Shown here: positions 21,087-29,940 of the stretch, one piece after another
How positions within the stretch are numbered: position 1 is the first letter of the stretch
Layout: the number at the start of each line of letters is the position of its first letter
Assembly: GCA_963776275.1 (NCBI GenBank)
Contig: CAVZMI010000021.1
Location: forward strand, 256,001 to 320,000
Reading direction: 5' to 3'
From: Ignavibacteriota bacterium
Lineage (GTDB): Bacteria > Bacteroidota > Ignavibacteria > UBA10030 > CAVZMI01
Length of the DNA: 64,000 nt
Made by a program: the position numbers and the translations under genes
The notes under the pieces: model-generated
Database searches by the model: none
The model's input: the letters and a program-made list of their open reading frames with translations, nothing else
What the model was told of the DNA's origin: nothing

Positions 21087-23237
21087 TCATTTCACGAGCA
21101 ATAATTTATTCACCTTACTGAATTTTTGGTTTCCCATCTGATCATACGCTCTGAATTTCGCGAAGTATATCCCGCCTGCCATCGAGGAAGCGTTCCATCG
21201 TACCGTGTAATATCCGGCTTCAACATTCCCATCCACGAGTACCGAAATTTCTCGCCCGACAACATCATAAATGATCAGCGATACCCGAGAAGTAATCGGA
21301 AGAGCAAACCTGATCTCTGTCGAGGGATTAAAGGGGTTGGGATAGTTCTGTTGAAGAGCAAATTCCTTCGGGATTTGTGTCTTATCACGATCAATCCCGA
21401 CCACAGGGCTTCCCTTCCCACTAACAGTAAGCGTATCCGGTGAACTCGATGCGTTATGCGAGAAAACGATGGAGCCGGATTGGGTAGACGTATCCTGAGG
21501 TGAAAACGTTACGATGAGATAGGCACTTCCCGACGGACTCAGTGTCATCGTTGCAGGTGTAAAAGTAAAACGGGCATTTGTGGATGAGATTGCCGTAACC
21601 TGCAGGGGCTGGTTTCCAAGATTGGAGACAAGAACACTGTCTTTCTTTGTAGAACCGACTGATACCGTCAAGAAATTGATTGCTTTACTTGAGAGAGAAA
21701 ACACCGGTGCTGGTAGAACCTGCTGGGTGAATTGCCACCGCGGATCTCCCACTACCTTGCCGTCACTGCTGGTGATAATATCATAGCTGGCATATGAGCA
21801 ATTGAGATTATCCATATACCATTCTGCTGTTCGCCGGTTATAATCGTATACCCAAACATTGTTTGCCACATCATGTATAAAATTCGTAGCGGGGACATTA
21901 CTGGTGCCGTCTTTCTTTTTCCCGGCACCGGCTCCTACATTATTGATCGTGTTGCCGCCCGTCCCGGGTCCAAACGGAGTAAAGTACCACCGGATCATTT
22001 TTGTCATCAACGGCGGAACTTGCGTAACTGAAACAGTCACCTTTTTAAAAGGATCATCTATACCACCACCTGACGCTAACAACTGTCTCCATATGTCAGA
22101 CGTTATAATAGGCTCTTGATAATAGAGCCATTCTGTTGGTAAATGAAGATACGGCGAATTTAGATTACGTATTGACTGGCCAGAATCTGAAATCATATAG
22201 TAGTTATTCGAAATATCCCAAGGAGTAATATGAGTTGTCTTATTAGAACGTGCAACTATCCAGCTGATTTGATATCCGCCATGTGGATCCATATCTGGGC
22301 TGTCGGTAAACTCACTCGCACGAATTGCATCGGTGTCGGGACCCATTGCAAAATTATCAATGAACAAGTTATTCTTGATCTCGAACGGACCATTACCGAG
22401 CGAATCGATGAGACCCAACGATATCATTCCACAATAACTCAATCCATTGACACACGTATTATGATTGAATTTAAAACTATGTATTGGTAAGGTGGAGAGA
22501 TAATGCCTGATGACACGATCTTGCCAGTTAACAAACGTATTATTTTCCACGATTATTGTATCGACCTCGGAATTCCGAAAATCGAAGCCTCGACCGGCAC
22601 CCAGATTGGAATTACCGATAAATCCCATATCCGCTATTACCGAATTCGTAACTTTAACAGTCCCGGCATGAACAGGCCCACTTGCTCCTATTTGCATAAT
22701 TTGACCACTGACAGTTTTTAATAAACAACTGTCAACATAAATACTGCCATTGCCGGTATTTAGAATTTCAATCATATTTCCCTGATTTTTATCGAGAGTT
22801 CCGGCTTGGCTCTCGTCGATTCCACATATCGAAAGATGCTTAAATTTGATCGTGCCATTAGGTTGAATCAATCTTGCGAATCGTCCCGGAGGTGTGCCGG
22901 ACACAGGATAACCATATATCTGCGGCATGAAATCTCCCGTACCAAGTGCGGGGATGGCATAATTTCCATCTTCCGCTCGAATCTCCAATTTTCTGCCCGC
23001 ACGAATATCAATTGAACCATCGTATGGATAATATCCATTCTTCGCCAATACATAGACGCGGGTATTGTTTTGCCAACCTGTTAGTCCATTTCCTGCAGTA
23101 TCAGCGATAATAAGCCGATTAATGAACAGGCCTGTTCCATATAGATCAGGAATAAAACATGTATCTACCTGAGCATATGTCGTAAGTGGAATGAGCAAAA
23201 ACAGAACCACCCAAAAACAAGATACAAAGTTTTTCAT
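21087..23237 (-). CDS. T9SS-secreted protein: probable parallel beta-helix, Ig-like domain and CTD; candidate glycan-binding partner of the TBDR
   Basis: Signal peptide; beta-helix-like repeats (VENNTFVN, FNHNTCVN, IKNNLFID), VGDPRW, Ig-like domain, LQQNYPNPFNP CTD. Confidence 0.75.
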   Translation of the reverse strand: MKNFVSCFWVVLFLLIPLTTYAQVDTCFIPDLYGTGLFINRLIIADTAGNGLTGWQNNTRVYVLAKNGYYPYDGSIDIRAGRKLEIRAEDGNYAIPALGTGDFMPQIYGYPVSGTPPGRFARLIQPNGTIKFKHLSICGIDESQAGTLDKNQGNMIEILNTGNGSIYVDSCLLKTVSGQIMQIGASGPVHAGTVKVTNSVIADMGFIGNSNLGAGRGFDFRNSEVDTIIVENNTFVNWQDRVIRHYLSTLPIHSFKFNHNTCVNGLSYCGMISLGLIDSLGNGPFEIKNNLFIDNFAMGPDTDAIRASEFTDSPDMDPHGGYQISWIVARSNKTTHITPWDISNNYYMISDSGQSIRNLNSPYLHLPTEWLYYQEPIITSDIWRQLLASGGGIDDPFKKVTVSVTQVPPLMTKMIRWYFTPFGPGTGGNTINNVGAGAGKKKDGTSNVPATNFIHDVANNVWVYDYNRRTAEWYMDNLNCSYASYDIITSSDGKVVGDPRWQFTQQVLPAPVFSLSSKAINFLTVSVGSTKKDSVLVSNLGNQPLQVTAISSTNARFTFTPATMTLSPSGSAYLIVTFSPQDTSTQSGSIVFSHNASSSPDTLTVSGKGSPVVGIDRDKTQIPKEFALQQNYPNPFNPSTEIRFALPITSRVSLIIYDVVGREISVLVDGNVEAGYYTVRWNASSMAGGIYFAKFRAYDQMGNQKFSKVNKLLLVK

Positions 23238-23289
23238 AACGCACTCCTTTCAATAAATGTTTTATTATTGGTTAATTAAACTATTTTAT

Positions 23290-26200
23290 TTACAGTAATA
23301 CTCGTACCGCCAGATCAACCGAGGTACCGTATAATTCCGCAGTTCGGGGGAGGTATCCCCAGTCAAAAACATTGTTTAGCCGCGATCTCGTCTCCTCCTT
23401 GTTGAATATATTATTGACGTTGAGAAATAGCGCAATATTTGATGTGACCTGCTGTTTCAGCGCAAGATCCCACTTGGTGAATTCATCAACGATACCATCG
23501 GATGTTCCGAAGGCCGAGTATTGACTTGTATACCTTCCCTGATAATAAACCGATAACCTTGCCGAGAAGTCTCCAATATCATACCCCAGAGCCACATTAC
23601 CATAAATCTCCGGTTGATTTTCTGAATTCCTTGTCACTAATACAGGCTCACTATTTTGTAAATAATTATATTTCTCCGGTTTATAACGAGGTGTCCCCGG
23701 TGTTCCTGACGGGGGAGTATAAGTGGTATCTTCAACAGTTCTACCAATTATAATATTTGTCTGAGAGCGTGTTATTGAAAAGTTATAAGACAACACGACG
23801 TTTCTAAGCCAAGAGACGGGGAGAAAACCGAAATTCATCTGGTGTTCAACCTCGATTCCCCATGCGTATGAAGGATCTGGTGAATTATACGCTAAATTTA
23901 CACTGTACACGGGGCTAGTATGCAGAAGGCTTGCAAAGGTTGGATTCTGTTCCCATGATGACATATTTAAATCATCGAGTAGTCGATCTAACCGGCCGTA
24001 CAATCCTGCCTTTTCACTTGTAGTCCATCCCTTATATCCTACCGCGGTATTGGGACCCCCGGAGGGCCAGCTTATCAGGACATTATTTGTTTGGTGAAAA
24101 AGATCATCGATGATTTTGTAAAATCCCGAAACTGAAAATAGCCCTATTGTATTGCTATAGATCTGTGTGTTTACTTCAAAGTTCCATGCTTTGGCATCCT
24201 TTAACTGTGGATTTCCAGCTGAAAAGACAGCGTTACCCGAGCCGGGAGCAAACTGCGGCAGACGCATATCAAAAGCCGGACGCGCCAAAGCTCTGTACGC
24301 GGCAAAACGAACGGTCAGATAATCTGTCGGCCTCACTGAAAGCTGTGCGCTAGGCAGCCAGATTGTCTCCGCATAGTGAGCTGTCGTATCGATGACCTGT
24401 CCATTAAGAGTCACAACCGCACCAGTACCTCCAACTGCTCCGTCCGAATATTTCGCCTTATAGTCATTCGATTCTTTTTCAACCCTTAATCCGAAAATGA
24501 ACGTTGTCATCTGTCCGATATCGAGTGTATTCATTATATAGGCACTCGAGATATTTTCGGTGATGTAATAATCACTAAGAACGGAATTACCGTTGGGGCC
24601 CCAATCTTGGGCAACGGCTGCTTTTCCGTTTTTATTAAGATCCCACCATTCTTTCATTGCATCGACGTTAATAAGTGGTGATATATGATAGAGTCCCATG
24701 ACATTACGTGAGACCACGGGCTGATCGAGGTACCATATTAGTGGAACGGCACTGTGCGCGATACCTTCAAAGCGTGTTCCTGTAAGATCGATTGGTGATC
24801 CATCGACATTTACCAGAGGATATTGTTTATAGTTATTCCATACCATATCTCCGGTGTTATACCATCTCGTTTTCGCCTTGTACTTTCCACCGATTTTGAA
24901 CTCATTTGACACAAAATTCCCGAGATTAAATATTTTGGAGACATTCAACTGGAGGGTTTGCTCCTTATCAAAGTTTTCCCTTCGCATATAATTTGTACTA
25001 TCGAGTTCCACTGCCGAAAAATTATTATTGGCAAAAGGTATGATATTGATCTCAGGATGATCCTTGCATCTCTGGAAAGATCCCGCTGAGTCTGCGATAA
25101 AAGCCATACGATAATCAAAGGGATTCTTAATTCTTGATTGTGCATATGCCGCGTTCCAATCAACCGTTAATCCCAGAACATGATTCGTACCCTGCAACGA
25201 ACCGTTCAATGTACTTATTCGCTGCTCTGTATACTGATAAAGATATTCAGCCGTTCCTGATCCTGCCGGATATTCTCGTTCATTAAGAGTGATATTTCTC
25301 CCTGTTTCACTGTACAAACCGGTTAACTTTACAGATCCACTGTCCGGTGTATTCAAATCAAAAATTACCTGGCCGCCATTTCGGTTACGAAGTTCATCGG
25401 TAAAACGGACATCAAAACTACTAAGGCTATAATCGTTACCGAAAATAGTAGAGTTGCCTTCGCGCATTGGGAATCGAATATTATACAAAGAATCTGTATT
25501 ATTTGAGGGAGTATAACCATAGGCGTCATTTTCTCTGCTCCGGATTTTGCTTTCTGCATTTCCCTGAAGTTGAATACCGAGCAGATCATTGAAAAAACGT
25601 TCTCCATATCGGAACGAAAGATCATATTGCTTGGATGATTTCATCAGAACATTGTAATCACCCTTGATATCAAAGCGAAGCAGCCGCTCAGAAGGTGCTT
25701 TTCTTGTCACCAAGTTCACCGAACCGGCAATTGCATCCGCATCCTGATCGGCTGTAAGTGTCTTGTGGAGTTCCACACCCGCCAGAGCACCCTGCGAGAG
25801 CATACTCAGGTCGACGTCCCGTGTACTTGGATCGGTGGGCGGAACTTTAACTCCGTCAACCGTAATATTGCTGAACTGCGAGCTCAATCCTCGCAGTACA
25901 ATATTTGTCGCCTCACCACCACTCCGGATAATCGAGACCCCCGGCAGACGCCCGATTGCCTCTGCGGCATTTGCATCCGGCAATTCCTGAATTTTTTCCT
26001 CTGAGACGACATTCATAATTGTCTTTGACGTAATCTGCTGGTTCATTGCTGCCAATTGACCGCGAAGTTGAGCGGTTACTATGACTTCTACTCCCATTAT
26101 GATTGCGGGTTGTAACTGAACGTTCAACACGACGGTTTTTTTCTCTGAAAAATTTATTTCAATCTCCTTCGGTTCATATCCCACACAGGATACTTTAACT

Positions 26201-26418
26201 TTAAAAGATTTTTGTGGGATTCCATTGATTACATATACGCCTTCAATATCCGTTGCACAACCCAGTGATGAACCCAGTAAAACAACATTGGCTCCCACAA
26301 TTATTCCACGAGTTGTTGAATCCGTTACAGAACCACGTAACGTACTCTGACTGAAAGCAACTACCGGGATGAAGAGCAGAACAAATGCAAGTCTTCTTAC
26401 ACGGGAAAAAGTTTTCAT
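23290..26418 (-). CDS. TonB-dependent receptor with N-terminal carboxypeptidase-regulatory-like domain
   Basis: N-terminal GSVTDSTT...GANVVL domain; plug IQELPDANAAEAIGRLPGVS, DQDADAIAGSVNL; barrel motifs ALARPAF, GNPQLK, LFLNVNNIFN. Confidence 0.92.
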   Translation of the reverse strand: MKTFSRVRRLAFVLLFIPVVAFSQSTLRGSVTDSTTRGIIVGANVVLLGSSLGCATDIEGVYVINGIPQKSFKVKVSCVGYEPKEIEINFSEKKTVVLNVQLQPAIIMGVEVIVTAQLRGQLAAMNQQITSKTIMNVVSEEKIQELPDANAAEAIGRLPGVSIIRSGGEATNIVLRGLSSQFSNITVDGVKVPPTDPSTRDVDLSMLSQGALAGVELHKTLTADQDADAIAGSVNLVTRKAPSERLLRFDIKGDYNVLMKSSKQYDLSFRYGERFFNDLLGIQLQGNAESKIRSRENDAYGYTPSNNTDSLYNIRFPMREGNSTIFGNDYSLSSFDVRFTDELRNRNGGQVIFDLNTPDSGSVKLTGLYSETGRNITLNEREYPAGSGTAEYLYQYTEQRISTLNGSLQGTNHVLGLTVDWNAAYAQSRIKNPFDYRMAFIADSAGSFQRCKDHPEINIIPFANNNFSAVELDSTNYMRRENFDKEQTLQLNVSKIFNLGNFVSNEFKIGGKYKAKTRWYNTGDMVWNNYKQYPLVNVDGSPIDLTGTRFEGIAHSAVPLIWYLDQPVVSRNVMGLYHISPLINVDAMKEWWDLNKNGKAAVAQDWGPNGNSVLSDYYITENISSAYIMNTLDIGQMTTFIFGLRVEKESNDYKAKYSDGAVGGTGAVVTLNGQVIDTTAHYAETIWLPSAQLSVRPTDYLTVRFAAYRALARPAFDMRLPQFAPGSGNAVFSAGNPQLKDAKAWNFEVNTQIYSNTIGLFSVSGFYKIIDDLFHQTNNVLISWPSGGPNTAVGYKGWTTSEKAGLYGRLDRLLDDLNMSSWEQNPTFASLLHTSPVYSVNLAYNSPDPSYAWGIEVEHQMNFGFLPVSWLRNVVLSYNFSITRSQTNIIIGRTVEDTTYTPPSGTPGTPRYKPEKYNYLQNSEPVLVTRNSENQPEIYGNVALGYDIGDFSARLSVYYQGRYTSQYSAFGTSDGIVDEFTKWDLALKQQVTSNIALFLNVNNIFNKEETRSRLNNVFDWGYLPRTAELYGTSVDLAVRVLL

Positions 26419-26552
26419 AATAGTAGTACTCCTTGCACTAGATTTAATTATATATTTACAACTCTTGGATAGATCAAGGATATAATACGACCTCTTACTG
26501 CTCCTTTTTCTATGAGTAAAGATTAATATAATTTAGAGAAAGGAAAAATTAT

Positions 26553-27324
26553 TTATTTCAATGAGTGCTTTAGACTTTTATTAGCCGATCCGGTGCTTCG
26601 TTGTTTTTCCAGCATCTGTTCCGTATGCTGCTCGGCAATTTCAAGATGCCGTATCATTGCAGCGCGAGCACTCTCTGCATCTCGATGCAAGATGGCTGTG
26701 AGAATTTTTTCATGCCATTCAACCGCCGAACGCTTTGCATCTGCAACAGTCTGATACACCGATGATTTGATTTGCGGAACAAGTCTATGTATCGGTTCCA
26801 GTATTAAAGGGATCAAAGAATTTTCCGCTGCTTTTGCAATATCCAGATGAAATTGCATATCAAGCCTTGAGAGTTCCACGTAATCACCGAGACTCTGGGC
26901 CAGATCATAATGATCTTTCTTTAATTTTTCAGCATCCTCTTCCGTGTGATGAAGTGCCGCTGATGCCGCTATCGGAGGTTCAATAATTTGCCGGGCATGG
27001 ACGACATCGAAAACATAATTTCGGTCAAGCTGCATTTCAAGATAAAGATGAATCGGATCTGTAACCGTCTCGGCAGATAAATTCTGGACAAAAATTCCTT
27101 TCCCTTTCATTATAACGACAAGACCACGAGCACTTAACATACGGAGCGCTTCACCGAACCGCAGTGCGGCTTACATCAAATTGCTGGCACAACTCTAATT
27201 CTGATGGAAGTCTTACTCCCGGCAAGAGTATCTTTGCACGGATGGCTTCCTCGATTTTAGATTCGACAACCTTACTTAAAAGGTATCTTTTGCCGACAGG
27301 CGTGAATATGTTGTCACTTGTCAT
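26553..27324 (-). CDS. GntR/FadR-family transcriptional regulator (frame break near 27154)
   Basis: Upstream frame from ATG 27324 gives the HTH LPSELELCQQFDVSRTAVR, continuing as EALRMLSARGLV; FCD domain DMQFHLDIAKAAEN. Confidence 0.9.
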
Positions 27325-27347
27325 ATGTATGATATGTTATATCTTAT

Positions 27348-27376
27348 AATATATTAAACACTACCTATTCTGTCAA
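27348..27376 (-). promoter_or_regulatory. sigma70-type promoter for the GntR gene and pectin locus
   Basis: TTGACA-17 nt-TATATT on the minus strand, 24 nt upstream of the ATG. Confidence 0.7.
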
Positions 27377-27700
27377 TAGAAATCTTAACTTTTTAAAAAA
27401 AAGTTAAAAAACCTCACAGATTATGCCAAAATCCAGATTTTAAGCTCTATCTTATACAAATCCTTTGTTTTCGGGGTTTCCTTATATATAGTGTGTCGGT
27501 AGGTAATTATCCCGGTTACCATACTTCTACAGAATAAAAGAGGCTCTTATATGTACACCTGGGTATGGTCACCTCATTTCCCCGGTGAAAGAAATCCCTT
27601 CGGGAAGTTAATGCTCGAATATAACCGACACGCTTCATGAATGCTGAAGCATGTCCGTAATGATTGGATTCAATATCCTAGATAGCTTCTTACCACTATT

Positions 27701-28255
27701 TCAAACTATTTTGATTACATGAATACATCTCTCTCCACCGCGTAAGATCGACTCTTCAATTTCTACATCGACAGATTTTCCCAGTATGGTTTCGAATACT
27801 TCTTTATTGTATCCTCTTGAACAATTGCAGAAATCTTTCGGAGTTATCGACCCGTCGACAAACGGACAGAAGCACGATTCCGCTTTTTTGCCGACTATCC
27901 TGATCATTTTTTTCTCTTTATCATATTCAGTACTTTCAGCCCATAGTCTTTTCATTTCTTCCAGATAACCTTCAGGGTTATCCTTAAATTTCTTCAACAT
28001 ATCCGCATTCTCTTTTGCACACGCGCGGCCTAAGTCTTCGATAATCTTTTTCTTCTTTTCCTGATCTACCGTCGAGTCAAGATTCTCTATGAGCTTGGCA
28101 AATCGTCTGCGGATAAAATCAAACCTCCAGTCCGATTCCTTTTTCTGGGTCCCATCAGAACCGGCAAACAGATTTCCACTGGCTAAAATTGATAATCCTG
28201 CACATGAGCACATTCCTAACGCACAGGCAGAGGTAAGAAATTCTTTTCTTTTCAT
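27701..28255 (-). CDS. Cys-rich DUF6144/V4R-like protein with Tat-like leader
   Basis: MKRKEFL leader; LGRACA, CFCP, FCNCSRG, ESILRGGERC motifs. Confidence 0.65.
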   Translation of the reverse strand: MKRKEFLTSACALGMCSCAGLSILASGNLFAGSDGTQKKESDWRFDFIRRRFAKLIENLDSTVDQEKKKKIIEDLGRACAKENADMLKKFKDNPEGYLEEMKRLWAESTEYDKEKKMIRIVGKKAESCFCPFVDGSITPKDFCNCSRGYNKEVFETILGKSVDVEIEESILRGGERCIHVIKIV

Positions 28256-28424
28256 ATGACGGGCTCCTTGTCTGTAATAATTATTATAAACATCTGCGGC
28301 CGGGACGTCGAGATAATCCCAACCGGTGAAAAAATCTTTGTATGCGTACGCTTCATCAAGTATTAATTGACGCGGTGTATTTGTATACCGGTCCCGGAAT
28401 AAATTATTTTACCGGGTCGAAGTG

Positions 28425-29825
28425 CTATTGTACATAATTCATCGATTTGCTTTTAAGCCTTTTGATGCAATTAATAAGTGCTCGAGAAGTATGGTAGTTT
28501 CCCTTCCATATAGATCCCTTGGAGGAATATCTATTTTCGGGTACGATGTCCACACCACCCCAGTACCAACCTCCATATTCGTCATCAATAAGATACTTTT
28601 TACAATACTCCCACTGGATGCAGAATTTTTTGTAATATTCTTGTTTGTCATGTGGGAATAGATCCGACATCATCAGTAAAGAGTTCAGAGCTTCTACCTG
28701 TGCCCACCATTCTTTTGTGTTTCTTACGATCGACGCCTTATAATCATTGCCGGAATAAAATCCTCCGTCATAGATCCCTCCGCGATTCTGATCCCAACCA
28801 TTAGCCAGCACATGATCAACCATCTTCTTTGCAATGCTTAGCGTCGTAGTATCGTTCTTCAGCCCCAGTGTTTCCGAAGCTTCCAGAATCAAATAGGCTG
28901 TTTCCACATCATGGCCGAATGAAACATAATCAAATGGATGATTTTTCTCTCTTACGACAAAACTTGAATCCCGATAGGAAAAAGGAATCCAATCGGAACT
29001 GAAATACAGCAGCATGTATCCTTTATCGGTCGTAAAGGTATCACATATTATTTGCAGCATTGAATTAAGACGTTCTTTCAATTCCTGAACCGGCCATACC
29101 TTATAGAGTTCGGTAAAGCATTCAAGAAGATGAATCATAGAATTGTAGTCTTTAGGAGGAACACCTTCATATCCTTCTGTAAACGGAATTCCTTCTCGCG
29201 ACAAAAACTGAAAATAACCTCCATGCTTTGCATCATAGCTGTGCTCTTCAAGCCAATGAAAAGCCTCTTGGGCTAATCGCAATGCAGAAGTATCGCCGGA
29301 GATCTTAGAATATGCGGCTAATCCATAGATCGCAAAAGCGTTCCCGTATGCTCTTTTTATAATTTGTCCGTTCTCAGTAAGTGGTTCTCCATATCTATTG
29401 ACGAGATCGTAAAAGCCCCCATATTCTTGATCCCACATTTTGTGCTTAAGAAATTCGACACCATATCCGGCTATGCCACGAAGGACGTTGTCCTTTTGAT
29501 AGAACATTGCCGCATTCGCCGTTGACCACACATGGCGGGCCTGAGTCACAATCATCTTTTTCTGTTGGCCATCCAATTCCCATTTATAATTTATGTCGCT
29601 AAAAAAACCGCCGTATGAAGTATCGAGAGATAAAGGATACCACAAAGCTAACTCGGATTTGAGTACTTGCTCCATCTCAATGGCAATTGTATCACCGTCC
29701 ATCTTTAAAACAGGAAGCTGTTTCTCGGTCTTTACAACATCCTCCGTCGAGCACGAACAGAAAAAGAAAAATATAAAAAACGTCGTGATAAACGTAAGTG
29801 TCCTTTTTCTTTCAGAGGCATTCAT
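28425..29825 (-). CDS. Cellobiose/mannobiose 2-epimerase (AGE family) with lipoprotein signal
   Basis: KMIVTQARHVW, AYGNAFAIYGLA, NSMIHLLE, SFGHDVETAYL, WWAQVEA, WKGNYHTSRA; N-terminal hydrophobic stretch ending FCSC. Confidence 0.88.
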   Translation of the reverse strand: MNASERKRTLTFITTFFIFFFFCSCSTEDVVKTEKQLPVLKMDGDTIAIEMEQVLKSELALWYPLSLDTSYGGFFSDINYKWELDGQQKKMIVTQARHVWSTANAAMFYQKDNVLRGIAGYGVEFLKHKMWDQEYGGFYDLVNRYGEPLTENGQIIKRAYGNAFAIYGLAAYSKISGDTSALRLAQEAFHWLEEHSYDAKHGGYFQFLSREGIPFTEGYEGVPPKDYNSMIHLLECFTELYKVWPVQELKERLNSMLQIICDTFTTDKGYMLLYFSSDWIPFSYRDSSFVVREKNHPFDYVSFGHDVETAYLILEASETLGLKNDTTTLSIAKKMVDHVLANGWDQNRGGIYDGGFYSGNDYKASIVRNTKEWWAQVEALNSLLMMSDLFPHDKQEYYKKFCIQWEYCKKYLIDDEYGGWYWGGVDIVPENRYSSKGSIWKGNYHTSRALINCIKRLKSKSMNYVQ

Positions 29826-29872
29826 AGCTATAATATAGTAAAGACCTGGTCTATGATGACATGATACAGGCT

Positions 29873-29903
29873 GGCCGGCAATAGTCTATATCACTTGCCG
29901 GCC
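29873..29903 (-). terminator. Stem-loop downstream of the GH5 gene
   Basis: GGCCGGCAA/TTGCCGGCC 9-bp inverted repeat. Confidence 0.45.
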
Positions 29904-29940
29904 GTGCCGTGTCGATCAATTTTATCTTTATGGTCTGATA

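Noticed and set aside
23290-26418. Calling the receptor SusC
   Set aside because: Lacks SusC hallmark motifs and has no downstream SusD lipoprotein
27321-27347. GntR operator shared across the pectin locus (ATGTATGATAT/GTTATATCT)
   Set aside because: Plausible by position, but only weak AT-rich matches near 15058 and 26480; not enough to define a motif
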